Translations under genes and position numbers: made by a program | In this document: one piece after another, positions 11,443-24,743 of the stretch | How the letters are laid out: each line of letters begins with the position of its first letter | Position numbering within the stretch: position 1 is the stretch's first letter | The notes under the pieces: model-generated | What the model saw: the letters and a program-made list of their open reading frames with translations, nothing else | What the model was told of the DNA's origin: nothing | The model's database searches: none | Assembly: GCF_001194135.2 (NCBI RefSeq) | Contig: NC_068984.1 | Span: forward strand, 62,007,304-62,049,132 | DNA length: 41,829 nucleotides | Reading direction: 5' to 3' | From: Octopus bimaculoides | Lineage: Eukaryota

Positions 11443-14400
11443 TGTATTATTCTCTTAATATATATACTCATAAGCACATACATATATGTACATAAGCATT
11501 AAGGTAGAATAGTATTTAAATTAATCCCCACTGTATAGCTTAAATTTGGCTTGAAACCATAGTTAACCAGTATTTGAAAATGCCATTGTTACTTTGCTCC
11601 TATTTTAATGAAATATACTCTAGGTTGTATAAGTAAAAACACAAAGCAGAACATAATATGTATTTAAATGAGCAAATTATAGATTATAACTTGAAAAGTA
11701 TGTAAAAGCAAACGTTTCTTACATTTAATTGACAAACTTTTGCGAACAAATAACGATATACTCATATATCTTGCTTAGAGACAAACGAAACAATGCAGAA
11801 ATTTCTCGATCGGCGACTTCATGTCTCTTCCATGTCAAATAGTTCACTTAATTCTGAGAATTATACTCCTTAAATACATTACCAAGCACGTGTTCATTCC
11901 TAATTCGGTCCTTGATGTACTGTATGTAATGGCAATTTTAAATAAAACTGTCAAACCAAAAATAAAATGGGACCTACCGTAGACGTATCGTAACGCATTC
12001 AGTAAGATCTGACAAGTTGCAAACAAATTGCTTGTCAGTTTTTACTGATTAATATGACGGCAAATTATTGATTTTTATCGATAATATTCCAACTGTATTG
12101 TAATTTCCAATTTACAACCGTTTATTTATTTATTTTTCCCTTTATAACATTTTTTGCTAAGTTTGTCTCATTAACATATTGCAAATACTAATTTAGTGTT
12201 GGTGATTAGTAGCCGCTCAAAATCAGTGAATAATATAAAATATTTTAGAATTAATACAAATTTAGATAATTTGTTTCATGTCGATTATGGGATACATGTA
12301 ACATTTTCAGTGACTTAGGATAATTCATCTACTAAATTTGTCATGTCATCAGGGAAATATATTCTTTGCACCTTTTACGATCAATTACTAAATTAGCACT
12401 TAGAAAGAGAACTATAAATATTCAACCTATGCTCTTAAATCAAACAATGGCGGATATAAGACATGAAGTGTATCAGTTAGAATTAAGATTATGGAATAAG
12501 TGAATAACATGTTTTACCTGTAATTGCTCGTACATTGGGACCATGTGATATTGAAACTATAATTATTTTAATAACTATCCCGAGGCTTTATGTTATCAGT
12601 CTTGTTTAACTGCCATTTTTTATATCTTTTGTTTTTGTAATGACAATATCAATAAAGTAACAAGATTATTTATAGTAACCTGCGATTTGACTATCAATTT
12701 TCCTCTGTACAATTATCCCTCCCTCGAACTCACTTGCTTAAAAAAGTATTGCACCAGTGTTTAGTATCGGAATATATTTTCAGGAAGCAAATATATTGAC
12801 ATAGCTAATTTTGTCTTAACATTAATTATTCAGTAAAAACAGGGGATCCAAAAACCTTTTCGCGAACTTCAGCATTGTCCCACAATGACGAAAAGATTTC
12901 CTCTGATCGACATCTTGTACAAGACTAATCTCCATTAAAGACAACCTGTGTTCACCCAAGGAACTTCTAACAGCATGGCCTGCATCATTCAGCTACATAA
13001 TCATGAACGTGTAATGTGACACGTGCCTCATTTAAGTTTTGAGAGTGCATGTTGTATGTTCAAATATGCAGTGTGCATGCTATAAGCCCAACTATGCTAT
13101 ACTGCAAACTCTTAAATAACGTTATTACAAAAAAGTGTGTAGAATTGAATGTTAAACGAGAATAAACTTCAAGTTTCGTTTGTGAAACTGTTTCGGGAAT
13201 AAAACTGAAGAACTCCGTTCGATTGCATGTCGATTTCTTGGCGGACTTGTATAGAGTTAATTAGTTCAAATCCTTAGTGTTCTACTGACACAAATGAAAA
13301 GTGTATAACGTAATGTATGTTTATGAATAGATGACTAGACCATTGATTTCAAAGCTGTGCTTTTGTACGCATATTACTATATATATATATATATATATGC
13401 AATTCTAAGTCGACATAAAGCGAAGATAATGGAACTACATAGTCTTGTAATAATGCATCGCAAGAAACTTATAAGATTTGGAAGTACATTTGAGATTCGG
13501 CAGGTTTGTAGTTCAGCAAAAGTTATTTTTTCAATGCAGTAGCAAATACTGATTTCATCTTTGATGGAAGATAATAATACTGAACACTAAAATATATTTA
13601 TCTTGAAAATTCCTGCCTAAATATTTGTCTGGCAGAAATTGATCCTGAACAAATAATTGGTCCTGTAAATTCTTTTGTGTGTTTTAAACTTTATTTTCAG
13701 GAGTGGGATCAGGCTTTTCACCAGTGAATATTTTATTCACTGTTTCTTATATCGGAGGCAATAAATGTTCCCAAGGCTTATGACTGTTTGTGAGTATACA
13801 TGATTAATAATGCCCATTCTAGCTCAAATGAATCTGACGTTCTCGCTATCCGCTACAGGGACGATTTTTCGTCTTCTTTCAATATATGCTATGCTATTAA
13901 ACACAACATAATCATAAGAAATGTCCACTCGAACGCATGCTGCAGTAAATAGTCTATCAAAGACATACATGAAGCATGATACAAAGATAGCTATTTTATA
14001 TCATGTTATACACAATCAACATCAATGCTGGGAAAAAATTAAATTCATCATTAAATAAAGCAATGAAAATGTCGCAGTAAATAAGAAAATACTTAATAGA
14101 ATACATTCATGGAGTACTTTTATCATAAACAACGGGTGTATATGTTGTAATAATGATTTTGAAGAACATGTATATATATATAGGTGCATAGAGGCGTACA
14201 AACACGCACATACTCACACACAAACGCGTGCTTCTGTGTATGTGTGTTTGTGTGTGTGCGTGCCTTTGTGCCTGTGTGTACATTCATTATCGTCATATGT
14301 TTCCTTCTTTGATCACTTTTAAGAGCTTTAGGTAATTTGGTTCACGTTTAAATATTTTATTCTGAAAGCCTTTAGCAAATTATGCTCAAAGATTTGGCCC

Positions 14401-16280
14401 AAAAGAATGACAACAGAGTTTCAATTCAATTATCACTCCCCTAAAAATAGTTGTATTCGACATTGATGAAATAACCCCTTTTTATACATGTTAAATTGAA
14501 AACCAATTTCCTTAAATTTTGTAAAGTAATATTTCTAGTTATATGCTATTTATTATAACTTATAAATCATATTTAAAAATATCTTTTAAAATCAAAATAT
14601 TCATATAAAAAATATTTGATGTGAGAGATCTGGAAAATACACTACATTTAATATTATAGGTATTGTATATATATATACATATACATATATATTTAGAACA
14701 TTGGATAATTTCCCCCATAAATCCCTCGGATCAGTTCTAGAACACTGAAATAATTTCTAGTACCGGAACAAAAAATTGTCTATAGATATTACTGTTTATG
14801 TTCTTTTGTCAATTTATGTTGTTTTGCATATAAAATCTTCTACGAATACTGTCTTCCAGCTACCAGTCACGCAGTATCATCAATCAGCACGAGCATGAGC
14901 CTATGTTAAAAGACTCCACAAGCCGTTGCGCTAAAACATTTACATGCAAAGCAAAATCCATATACGTACAACTATACCTGTGCTTGTTAATTTCGTGAAG
15001 TTTACCTATACAATTTTCAGGATATTTTTAATATCACAAAGTAGTCAACACTAAACAAAACAAAAACAAGCAGATAGATACGTATAAGGTTTTAAAGATA
15101 CATCATTTCATGTTAAATTTCTGTTTCTTATTAGTCCTATAATCTACAAGCGTACGCATATTTGGATAAGTTTTATTTTAATTAAGAATATGATTTACTA
15201 GTCGAAGCAGAAATAACTATTTTATAACATAAAAATGCACCGACAATCAAATAAATTATTATATAACAAAATTGTATACCTCCACCAATGCAAAATAATT
15301 TCTCATCTAAAATTAATTCGAAAATTTAGACACATTGATTAATCTTATATATTAAAATAGTTAAGAATTAAAAAAAATATACATAACGATGGTTTTTTTC
15401 CTGTCGACGTTAAAATGACAAGTTTGGATAATTCTTAAACGTAGTATACAATACTTTCTTACAAAGAGGTATTGTATGTATGTAATTGTGTTGCTTAAAC
15501 TACAATTTAATGACGGTAATTGTGAATTACCATACAATTAAGAAACAATTTGTATTTTAGAATCTGCGAAAATATGTGGTAAAGACAGAGAGTAATATTT
15601 TTAATACACGAAAAGTTTTTAAAACTGTGAAGAGTAGCATTATTTTAATATCATCTATAATTCAACTCAATTTCCTGACACCAAATCTTCTAATAATAGC
15701 TAAAATAAATGTTCTTTTAAGCAGGCTGTCAATAAAATGTCAGTCGGTTTAATGCTGATATCATAGGGTCAGTAAAATAACATAATAGCCACTTACACTA
15801 CGAAGTTTATCGATTCATATAAGATAGATCAAATAAATGAGGCGCCCAATGTTGGCTCTAACATGCCTTTTATAAATCTGCGATCAAATTCTGATACTGA
15901 ATGGATGCAACATTTTCAAATACTACTGAAAAATCATAGATAATTTTAAAGACGGCAACGTTATCTAATCCCTTTTATAAACATGTTTCTAAACTAAATA
16001 GGAATGTTTTTAAAATATAGGACTTCCAAATGATTGTTATTTTTTTTTCTAGTACACTACCGGCCGAATTTGTGCACAGTAAATGTTACATCAATTATAT
16101 CAATCGCACTATATTATTGAATATATCTTGTATGTTTACCATAACATACAGACAGTTGCTTTGTATGATCTAATTAAAATATGTGTAACTAAAAGTGTTC
16201 TGACCAATTTGTTTTCTCTTGTTAGATACTTATGGCAAGATTTTGTACACGGGGTTATAGGGACATTTTTTGACATCATA

Positions 16281-16340
16281 TTATGTTAACCGAAACTTCA
16301 GCGCTACATTTTATTATGTTAACTGAAAATTCAGGGCTAC
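16281..16340. repeat. 33-bp tandem duplication
   Basis: ttatgttaaccgaaacttcagcgctac at 16281 and ttatgttaactgaaaattcagggctac at 16314. Confidence 0.8.
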
Positions 16341-17267
16341 TTAATTCACTTCAATAACGAGAAATAATTCAAAATTGATATCAATTATAAGTTATAGATG
16401 TAGGAAAAAAGTTTGCTGCTAATGCAGAATACTCCTGTTTTAATATGAGAAACGGCAAGAACGATTTTCTTTGAAAACCATAGAGAAAGGCCATATTTAC
16501 TGCTGGTGGAAAAATACTGGATGATGTGGTAGTATCCCGAAAACTTAATAGTGTAGATTTATGTACTGAATTATAACGAGCGACCAACGCTTATGAACAG
16601 TTTAATTCCGGTTTAAAATTCTTTGCAAAAGTAAGGATACTGAAATGGTTGATGTACATGAACATGATAGATTAGAACTGGATGTGTCTTGACTGGGTTG
16701 TGATGGGGTATCGATAAGTCTTTTGAGGTTTATTTCTATATTCATATGCTTGCTTCTTTATGTTCAAAAATGCGAAAGAAAATAATGTGTACTTGCGCTT
16801 GTGCGTGTTTCTATGCATGCTTATATGGAGAAAAAAGTTTTCGTTAATAAAAACTGAAGGGCTTAAATGAATTAGGTCTGTATTTAAGAAAAGTATATTT
16901 GATTTTAACTGTGGCAATTAGGGAATATTCATTTAGGAGGAAGGAAGGACGAATTTTTACAGAGCAACGAGTGTGCTGCAGTCCTTTGTAACGGGTTAAG
17001 AGATTTGAGGAACGTGTGGAGCGATGACTATGCCAAAGTGGATGGGCTGTAGACCAATTTATGCATATCTTTTGATTACAGGTCCACGGAAATACGCAAA
17101 GAACTTCACAAAGATATAATCAATTTATGTCACCTAGAATTTCTAACTTTGTGCCAAAATGTGAAGACATTATTATACGTATTACTACCAAGAGTATTAA
17201 TGCTTTGTCACCGAAATTTGAATCTTGATGCGCCTTCCATATTATAGATGAATACATTTAAATTACT

Positions 17268-18060
17268 TTAAAGCTGTTACTAAGTGAAATTCGGATCTTT
17301 TGTTTCGCTGTACCTCTGAAAATTTTGAAGTTTAGTGAAAATCTTAAAATTTAGTGTATTAATGTAAGTTTCCACACTGAATCTCAAGAAATAATTCACT
17401 TTTGCCAGAAAGATTTTTCAAAAAGATTACAGAGGTTTAAAGTTTGATATTTTTACCTAGTCAAAAAAGAGGATTTGGAAATTGTCATTTTGTGCGTGAC
17501 AACACTTGTCAAATGTAAACAAATGAAATATTGGCAGAACTCTGCTTTATGCACGCCTTATAACTCTACATAACTTTTTTTTATGTGTTGGAATTTTCAG
17601 AATTTTTTTTGCGACTTTTTATTCAAGAAACATAATATTATTGCATAATACGATTATGCAAAGTCCAAAAGAAAACGAAAATTTCGTGCGTAATTTAAGG
17701 CCTATTTAACTGTTAACTTTAGCACATCTCATAGTCACGTCACACCAAATACCAAATGAGTTTTAAGCACTTAATAAGTGACAAAAAGAACACGCGGTAA
17801 ACAGCTTGGTAACAGCTTGGCCTGTTACTATGGAAACAGGTACCTATATATCTGTGACTTTCGATTGGCTAAAATTTGCAAACTTTAACAGCTATTAACA
17901 TTTATTGATTTATGGCGAAAATATATTTCATGTCAATGAATACTTTACAAATGAACATCAGCACACCAAATATGAAGTAAGTTGGAACAAAAATTGAAGG
18001 AATTGGAAAGTGGCAGCCGAACAGAAAAGATCCTGAAATTCTGTAGTAATTAAATATTAA
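17268..18060. mobile_element. Non-autonomous DNA transposon with long (~140 bp) imperfect TIRs and TTAA ends (Kolobok-like, tentative)
   Basis: Left ttactaagtgaaattcggatcttttgtttcgctgtacc...atttagtgtattaatgt...gaaataattcacttttgcca aligns with the right-end reverse complement ttactacagaatttcaggatcttttctgttcggctgccac...atttggtgtgctgatgt...gaaatatattttcgcca. TTAA at 17268 and 18057. Confidence 0.55.
17821..17870. promoter_or_regulatory. RFX X-box-like palindrome plus CCAAT box inside the TIR element
   Basis: CCTGTTACTATGGAAACAGG (17821-17840) matches the X-box pattern GTTRCYATGGNAAC. GATTGGCT (reverse CCAAT box) lies at 17863-17870. Motif match only. Confidence 0.35.
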
Positions 18061-18979
18061 CAACGTTTTAGAAACATCAAGTGCAGAGGTTTACCTTGAC
18101 AGACAACAACATCATCATTATTATGTTGTAAATTGTGTCTTTATTTGTAATTCTGTACACCTATGAGATAATAAAAATCTAGTATACTCTGATGTTGTGA
18201 CTAAGTTGTAGAGTAGATTATACACAACATAAAATAAATTTCAATATACAATACAAACTAATAACAGTTATTTCCACCCTGCATCTAGCAGGCCATTTAG
18301 TGCGAACAAAGTTTGCACTGGAGAATGTTCAATATTTGGAAAGACAATAGCCTAAAATGTTTAATTACACATCAACATATATCTCTGAAACGTGCGATGT
18401 GACTGTGAAACAATTTGCTATTAATAAATCAGCTTGTTTATCTGATTTTCCAAAGGCGCGAGGTCGAGGGAAAATTCAATTAAATAAAAGTTGTCGTTGG
18501 TTGTGAGAAACTTGCTAGCTGCTACCATAACTTTTCAACAAGAAAGTGTTTGTTTCCTCTACAGAGTAATTCCAGCAAAATGTCTTATTTATATTACGAG
18601 CATACAGAGCAGTACCGATCGTAAATATGTATGTTTTGTGTATGCATATGGATAGTTTGCTCTCGTTGTGAATTTTTTTTATTTAACAGTGACAAGGAGT
18701 ATTATGGTTCTATGACTGCCTTTATGTAAATCTTGGGTTTTAATTGTTTTTTCTTTCTGCCTTCATCTCAATCCAAAATTATTTAGTACGTTCGATAGTA
18801 ACTAAGCAAAGTCAAAATAACAAACAAAAATACATGACAAAGAGGGCTTGTAAAATATATAAACACAAGTTTAGTCACATGTATTTTAGTAAGCTTTGAC
18901 TCTGTTGTTAGACTTTCGAAAACAATTATTAAATTCAAGCCTTTTAAATTCGTTATTCATTCGCACTGATCAAAAACAT

Positions 18980-19495
18980 GTCAGAATTCAAATCAGAGAA
19001 TTAATCAAAATTATTAGCAAAAGAATGTGGAGATAGGAAATGTAGAACATGCAACAACATCAACTTCAAATACTTGGAAAGTGGCTCCCACATAAAATTT
19101 AATAGCTGATCCCTTTTCAAATAAATGCAGAAATGATCTACAAAACGCAAAATCTCAAATACTGCATTACCTGTCCAAACTGCGAAGAAAATTACATTGG
19201 TGCAACAAATACTTCCCTCTGTTAACGTGCACGATTCCGCCGGCAACATATACAACAAGAGGAATTACACACGATTCTATCAAGTAAGCATCTGGAAATA
19301 TGCAGCGACGGAAAATTCAAATTTTTCCCTTTTTACAATTGTGCACAGGACGATCTGCAACACCGAAAAGCAATGGAACTAAATTTCCTCAAAAAATTCT
19401 CTCCAAAACTGAATGTTTGAAAGAAAAGCGGAGACACTACATTTTAACTACACTTTATCAAAAAATTCCCTCCAAAATCGAATGTCTGGAAGAAG
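18980..19495 (+). pseudogene. Second, unrelated PLE GIY-YIG endonuclease remnant (Neptune-like Cx4Cx2C linker)
   Basis: KECGDRKCRTCNNINFKYLESGSHIKF, then after a frameshift NAEM..QNLKYCITCPNCEENYIGATNTSLC*RARFRRQHI..SKHLEICSDGKFKFFPFY..RKAMELNFLKKFSPKLNV* (stop at 19418-19420). The last ~35 bp are duplicated at 19460-19495. Confidence 0.88.
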
Positions 19496-19796
19496 AAATA
19501 GTACATTTTGTATTCTAAATATAACTCAAAGAGGAGAAAAAGAAGGAAAGAAAGAATAAAAAAGGAAAAGAGGAAGAGAGACAGAAAGGAAAATTACTTT
19601 CAGTGATGACCTAACCGCACCTATTCTTTTATTATTATTATGATTTTGAAGCGGTCACCATCCTTAAACCCATTCTAATACAATGGTAAAGGACTAAAAT
19701 AAATAAATGAATGGTGAATAGGAAAGGGGTACTCCTTCTCTCTTGCTCCCTCTACCAATCTCTCTATCTGTCTGACTATCATTTTATCTATCCGTC

Positions 19797-19797
19797 A

Positions 19798-19878
<81 letters not shown>
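19797..19878. repeat. (CTAT)n microsatellite
   Basis: Direct reading. Confidence 0.98.
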
Positions 19879-19879
<1 letters not shown>

Positions 19880-20123
19880 CTCCATTATCATGGAACCTCA
19901 TCCCCAGAAAACAATGACAAAAATGTTCTCTTCGAAACAAAACTCTACCAAAACATTTCTTTCATATACATGAAGAAGTTGTTTGTATATTCACAAAATT
20001 TTATTTGACCAGTTCTAGAAAGGAACGAAAACGTTAATAAAAATGAAGAAATAAGATTTTTTCCAAACCTATGACAACTTTCTTTACAATATTCATTTTC
20101 TGTACATCACACCTAACCTTCTA

Positions 20124-20191
20124 TACATACATGCATACATACATACATACATACATACATACATACATACAAACATGCATATATATATATA
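20124..20191. repeat. (CATA)n / (TA)n microsatellite running into a gap
   Basis: Direct reading. Confidence 0.95.
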
Positions 20192-20840
20192 NNNNNNNNN
20201 NNNNNNNNNNNNNNNNNNNNNNNNNNNNNNNNNNNNNNNNNNNNNNNNNNNNNNNNNNNNNNNNNNNNNNNNNNNNNNNNNNNNNNNNNNNNNNNNNNNN
20301 NNNNNNNNNNNNNNNNNNNNNNNNNNNNNNNNNNNNNNNNNNNNNNNNNNNNNNNNNNNNNNNNNNNNNNATATATAAAGTATTATCAACTATTTGCAAT
20401 ACGGATTTGCTCTTTCGTCAGATGATCATCGATCCTTCTGTCTTTCTTATGAAATTATTTTTTCAAATCATTTAATGAACCTTCATGTCTAAAACATCAC
20501 TTTTCTTGAAAGCACTCGAAATGTTTCATGATTTTTTTCATATAAGTTATTACAAAATATAGTTAGATGTAGAAAAGAGCACACATTTCCAGAGATTCTA
20601 ACAATACCCTCAGCTTTTTTAAAATTTATACTATAGACCTTAAAAAAATTCAGTTATTTGAGAGACAGGTGATTTTATTAATGATACAGTCTGTCATATT
20701 GATGAAGATGTTGAAATTCCGTTGTGAATTGAACGTAGAAAGATAAAATTTAGGACACAGCTTGACAAATCAACAGCACGAGTCAACGAAGAATTAGCAT
20801 TATCTTGATGATAAATGCCTTCAGCAATATGGTATGAGGC

Positions 20841-20873
20841 GCAACTGATGACACACCATCTGAAACGTTTTAC
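20841..20873 (+). ncRNA. Candidate degenerate hammerhead (intact core, poor stem II)
   Basis: GCAA CUGAUGA CACACCAUCU GAAAC GU U UUAC. Stem I pairs 3 of 4. Confidence 0.4.
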
Positions 20874-21859
20874 CAAATTAGTCCGATCTCATATATCCTA
20901 AAGAAATTAATTTATCTGTTCGTTGTACCTTGTGTAATTTATCACCAACATCTTTTTGCTAAGAGTTAAATGTTTAGTAACTATTTTAAAGCCTTTATTT
21001 AATATTTACTTTCAAGAAAAGGAAATCTCTGGTTTTAAACAGAAGACTCTTTGATCAATTATGAGAAGAAAATAAGAAAAACTGTTAAAAACTAACTCTC
21101 CGAATTGAAGGTCGATGGCAGCCACAATACTTCGTCCAGATTTGCGACACAAGTGTTGAATTTTAACTTATAAATCATGTCCACTAACTATTGAATAGGC
21201 TGGTTGTATTTGTGGAGATGCGACTTACTTAGTTGATATTTATGGTGCAATGAACAGCCTAATTTTCAAATGTGAGAATGTAATTCTAATCTGATACACG
21301 CAGTGGATTTATAACTAACATTTAATTGTTCATACGAAGCATTACTCGCAGGGATTTCTGTCAGTTTCAATCAATGAAAGGCTTTTCAATTATTTATAGA
21401 TGATGATTAGAAAGCTACACCGAAAATTTTAAATACATTAAGAAGTTTAAAACAAGTTTTAATGGCATGACTATAGTGAAGATCCTAACTAGTTAAATGT
21501 CCCATTCGTGTGCAAAAAACAAGAATAAAGAGAACATTATTGATTTATACAATCGGGAATAAGTAAATATAATTTATTTGAATCTCAAAACTTGTGTGAA
21601 ATACTGTAGCAATATAATCCGAAATATTCTATATTGTAGAGTGAAACCAAAGTAATTTTTATTGCATTAAGATCATCATACGTGGTGGTAAATACTTTTA
21701 ATCAAGAAAACAAAACGATATGAAACTAGTGTAGCGTTGGAGAAATTTTTAACCAAACAGTGCAAAACGAATGGCTGGCCATAAGCCGCATATATCATAT
21801 TATTAATGGATGTATGTTATTTCAATCATTCTTATTTTAATCATATGCATTTCAAATTT

Positions 21860-22046
21860 TGACATAAGGGCAGTAATTTCGGGGAGGGAGAAGCTCGATT
21901 ACATCGACCCCTGTGCTGTACTGATACTTGTTTTAGGATGAAAGGCAAATCAACCTAGGTGGAATTTGAACTCAGAACGTAAAGACGGACGAAATGCCGC
22001 TAGGCATGTTTACTCGTTATGCTAACAATTCTGCCATATCACCACC
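21860..22046 (-). mobile_element. tRNA-type SINE, copy 1 of a head-to-tail triplet
   Basis: Minus strand has A-box-like tggcagaattgttagc and B-box gagttcaaattcc, plus body gcctttcatcc and ggggtcgatgtaatcga. Confidence 0.85.
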
Positions 22047-22049
22047 ATT

Positions 22050-22237
22050 GATTTAAAATTTGGGAGCAACGCCAGAAATTTAGAGGGTGGGTGATCAACT
22101 AGTACTTGTTTTATTGACCCCAAATTGATGAAACGCAATGTCAGTCCCGGCGGAACTAGGACCCAGAAATAAAGAGAGACAAAATTCCGCTAGGCGTTAT
22201 GGCCGGCTTGTTAACGTTTCTCCCAGCTCACCGCCTT
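22050..22237 (-). mobile_element. tRNA-type SINE, copy 2 (more diverged)
   Basis: Minus strand begins aaggcggtgagctgggagaaacgttaacaagccggcc; same body as copy 1. Confidence 0.8.
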
Positions 22238-22239
22238 AA

Positions 22240-22340
22240 AATCGATCTCAGCGGAATTTGAACTCAGAGAGTAAAGACGGACGAAATGCCGTGAAGCATT
22301 TTTACCCGCCGTGCTGACGATACTTCCCGCTCACTACCTT
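22240..22340 (-). mobile_element. tRNA-type SINE, copy 3 (head only)
   Basis: Minus strand reads aaggtagtgagcgggaagtatcgtcagcacggcg...ctctctgagttcaaattccgctgagatcga. Confidence 0.8.
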
Positions 22341-24492
22341 CAGAGTAATAAATCAAGTGTACTACTACAAGTATTCGTTATTATTCAAAGTGCGTTGAAC
22401 GTGAAATGATAAAATTGCGTGTATTCATTTGTAATTCAATTTCAAGGGCTACATTTGTATATTTGCTTGAGCGTGAGCAAGAATATAAGTGTTTTAGAGG
22501 CACTTACTAAGAAAAGCTCCGAAATATTGACGTAAACGAGAAAAACAAAGTTTCTTTATGTAATATAAGTTTATTGATTAACTGTTCAAATTTTTCCCGC
22601 TTTAGGTAGATCTAAATTATTTTGAATTCTTATTTTATGGATTCCATTTTATTCGGTAGTACTTGACCATAGGTTTCTAGCACGTGAAGCCATATCGAAC
22701 GTAAAGTTACAATCTGGATACATTTCAGGGTGATACTGTATATAGTACGTTACATTATTTCATACAATCAAGAGAATATATATTTATACAGGCATTTGTT
22801 ACTTGGCTAAATAGACACCATCAGCCGATACGATAACTATGTAAAATTTACATTGCTTACAATAATATATTTGTAAAATGCAAAAAAATAGTTCAATATG
22901 CAGTGTACTTAATTTCTAAACGTATCAATCAAATAAATCTCTTAGATGCTCAAGTTTATTTAAAATGTTTTTGATAAGGCTTTTAATGAATTTGTTTCCT
23001 GCATTTATGTTTACGTATCAGTCTTATATTATTTTTACATTTCACAATCAATGCTTATTACTGTGTATTACTCTTTCCGAAATAGATCATTTTGGGGGCG
23101 TTGAAAATGAATATGCTAAAAGTATATCGGCCATATTAATTGTATTGCAAAATTGTGTCAATTCATCAGTTTACAAAGTGAAAGGTGGAATTTTGCGGGA
23201 AAATGATGGGGAACTCGGAGATTGGAGACAAACATGAATTTACAATCATTTTAAATCATGTTGCATCTATGGGGACATGATTAAGAATTTAATTACAGTT
23301 AAACAAAATACGATTTTGCTTGATGAGATTTTAAATGAGATGACACATTTTATTCCTTTGAAATATATGACAGGTCTGCCAATCAAAAGAAAAGAAAAGA
23401 AAAGAAAAACAAAACAACAGAAAATTATCCCACATCATCAGTAGTTTGCATTTATTGTAGAGGAAGATGTACGTTATTGCATTACATATTCACAGTATAC
23501 GATTCGCATAGAAACAACTTTAATTTGATTTGTTTTATGACCGAAATAGGATAATCTTTAATATCCCTACTTCTTAGTATCTTAACTTTTAATGTACCAA
23601 ACAATTCTGTGTATCTAATTGAATGTTTCTGATTAGTTTTTCTTTAGCTATATTATCCTCTGTACGGTTTGTGTAGTTATAAAATGTCGATATTGCTGAG
23701 TATTTTTGTGAAGTTTTAATTGATTGATATCATTTGTGTTGTTTATCTCTATTTCACGTTTATAAAAACATATCATCGTCAATTGTATTGCTTACGCTGT
23801 ATATTCTTAGTTATATTATGGTGCTTATGGTAACAAAGATTGGAAAGGGCTATTTAAATTGAACGGTTTGTGTGGTTATTACAGTTGCTATAATAATAAC
23901 GAGTTTGTTTACTTCATCAAAGCACTAAACATGTATAAAGGATGACGGTTGTGTAATCCTACATAAAAATAACAAATAGAACTATTTTGAAAGCTGTTCC
24001 TGTAGTAACAACCCAGTAGTTCGTATATCAGGAACGTCACTGCTCCATATAATCTGTGTGTAAGATTGTTATTGATGAGAGGTTCGCTGTTACCAACTAA
24101 CTGAGCAACAACTGAATAGTTGTGTTTACCAAAAGTACATGAACGATTGTTCATGTATTGCATATATTTAGAAAACTGTAGTAACAGACATATTGCAGCA
24201 ATGACAAACACACTTTTTAAGCGCTATCATCATTAAGAACAGACGTGATAAGTCTGATGGTACACATAGCTGTTGTTAATGAGTGTGTTTGCCGTAGCTG
24301 AGACATTTATTTTATAATGTTTTTGTAATATATATAAAGCTAAAACAAATGTAAAACATGTAAAGCAAAGCTATGAAATTGTAAAATAGAAAACTATATT
24401 TTGAATTGCATATAACTTTTGGAATGCGATTTTTCTCTGTTTTCTATATTTCTGCAAATTACGAGACCTTCACATGAAACTAGAAAGTCTCA

Positions 24493-24743
24493 TTATTTAT
24501 ATTATTAATATTTGACGGATATTTGTCCTCATCTTGTTTGTTGTTAACATAACGTTTTGGCCGATACCCTCCTGCCTTCATCAGGTGTCTTGGAGAAATT
24601 TCGAACCTAGTTTCTCATTCCTAAAGCTGGAGGGTATATCAGCCGAAACGTTGTGTTAACAACAAAGAAGATGAGGACAAATATCCGCCAAATGTAAATA
24701 ATGTAAATAATTTACATAATTCCTCATCTCTTAAATATAGAAG
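24493..24743. mobile_element. Fold-back PLE-derived insertion with a perfect 12-bp target-site duplication
   Basis: TSD TAGAAAGTCTCA at 24481-24492 and 24744-24755. Arms 24493-24575 and 24626-24710 are inverted copies. Both arms carry hammerhead parts. Confidence 0.9.
24546..24589 (-). ncRNA. Type I hammerhead motif (CUGAUGA) with G12A and a stem I mismatch; an intact 3' half lies on + at 24626-24657
   Basis: Minus strand reads GACAC CUGAUGA A GGC AGGAGGGUAUCG GCC AAAAC GU U AUGUU. The plus arm reads GCUGGAGGGUAUAUCAGCC GAAAC GU U GUGUU, which restores the core and stem I pairing. Confidence 0.8.

Noticed and set aside
11977-12010. Minus-strand micro-exon ILLNALRYVY with AG/GT boundaries
   Set aside because: 31 nt with no recognisable homology or partner exons; expected by chance.
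12840-13010. Higher-GC segment as a coding exon or hAT remnant (RCRSEEIFSSLWDNAE on minus strand)
   Set aside because: Too short, with stops in all plausible frames; the similarity is only impressionistic.
19598-19660. GTGATGA..ACCGC...GCGGT hairpin downstream of the second PLE as a hammerhead
   Set aside because: No GAAA element follows the stem; at most a heavily decayed relic.
22965-23237. 90-aa ORF
   Set aside because: No domain similarity; the central part looks like a decayed DNA-transposon terminus.
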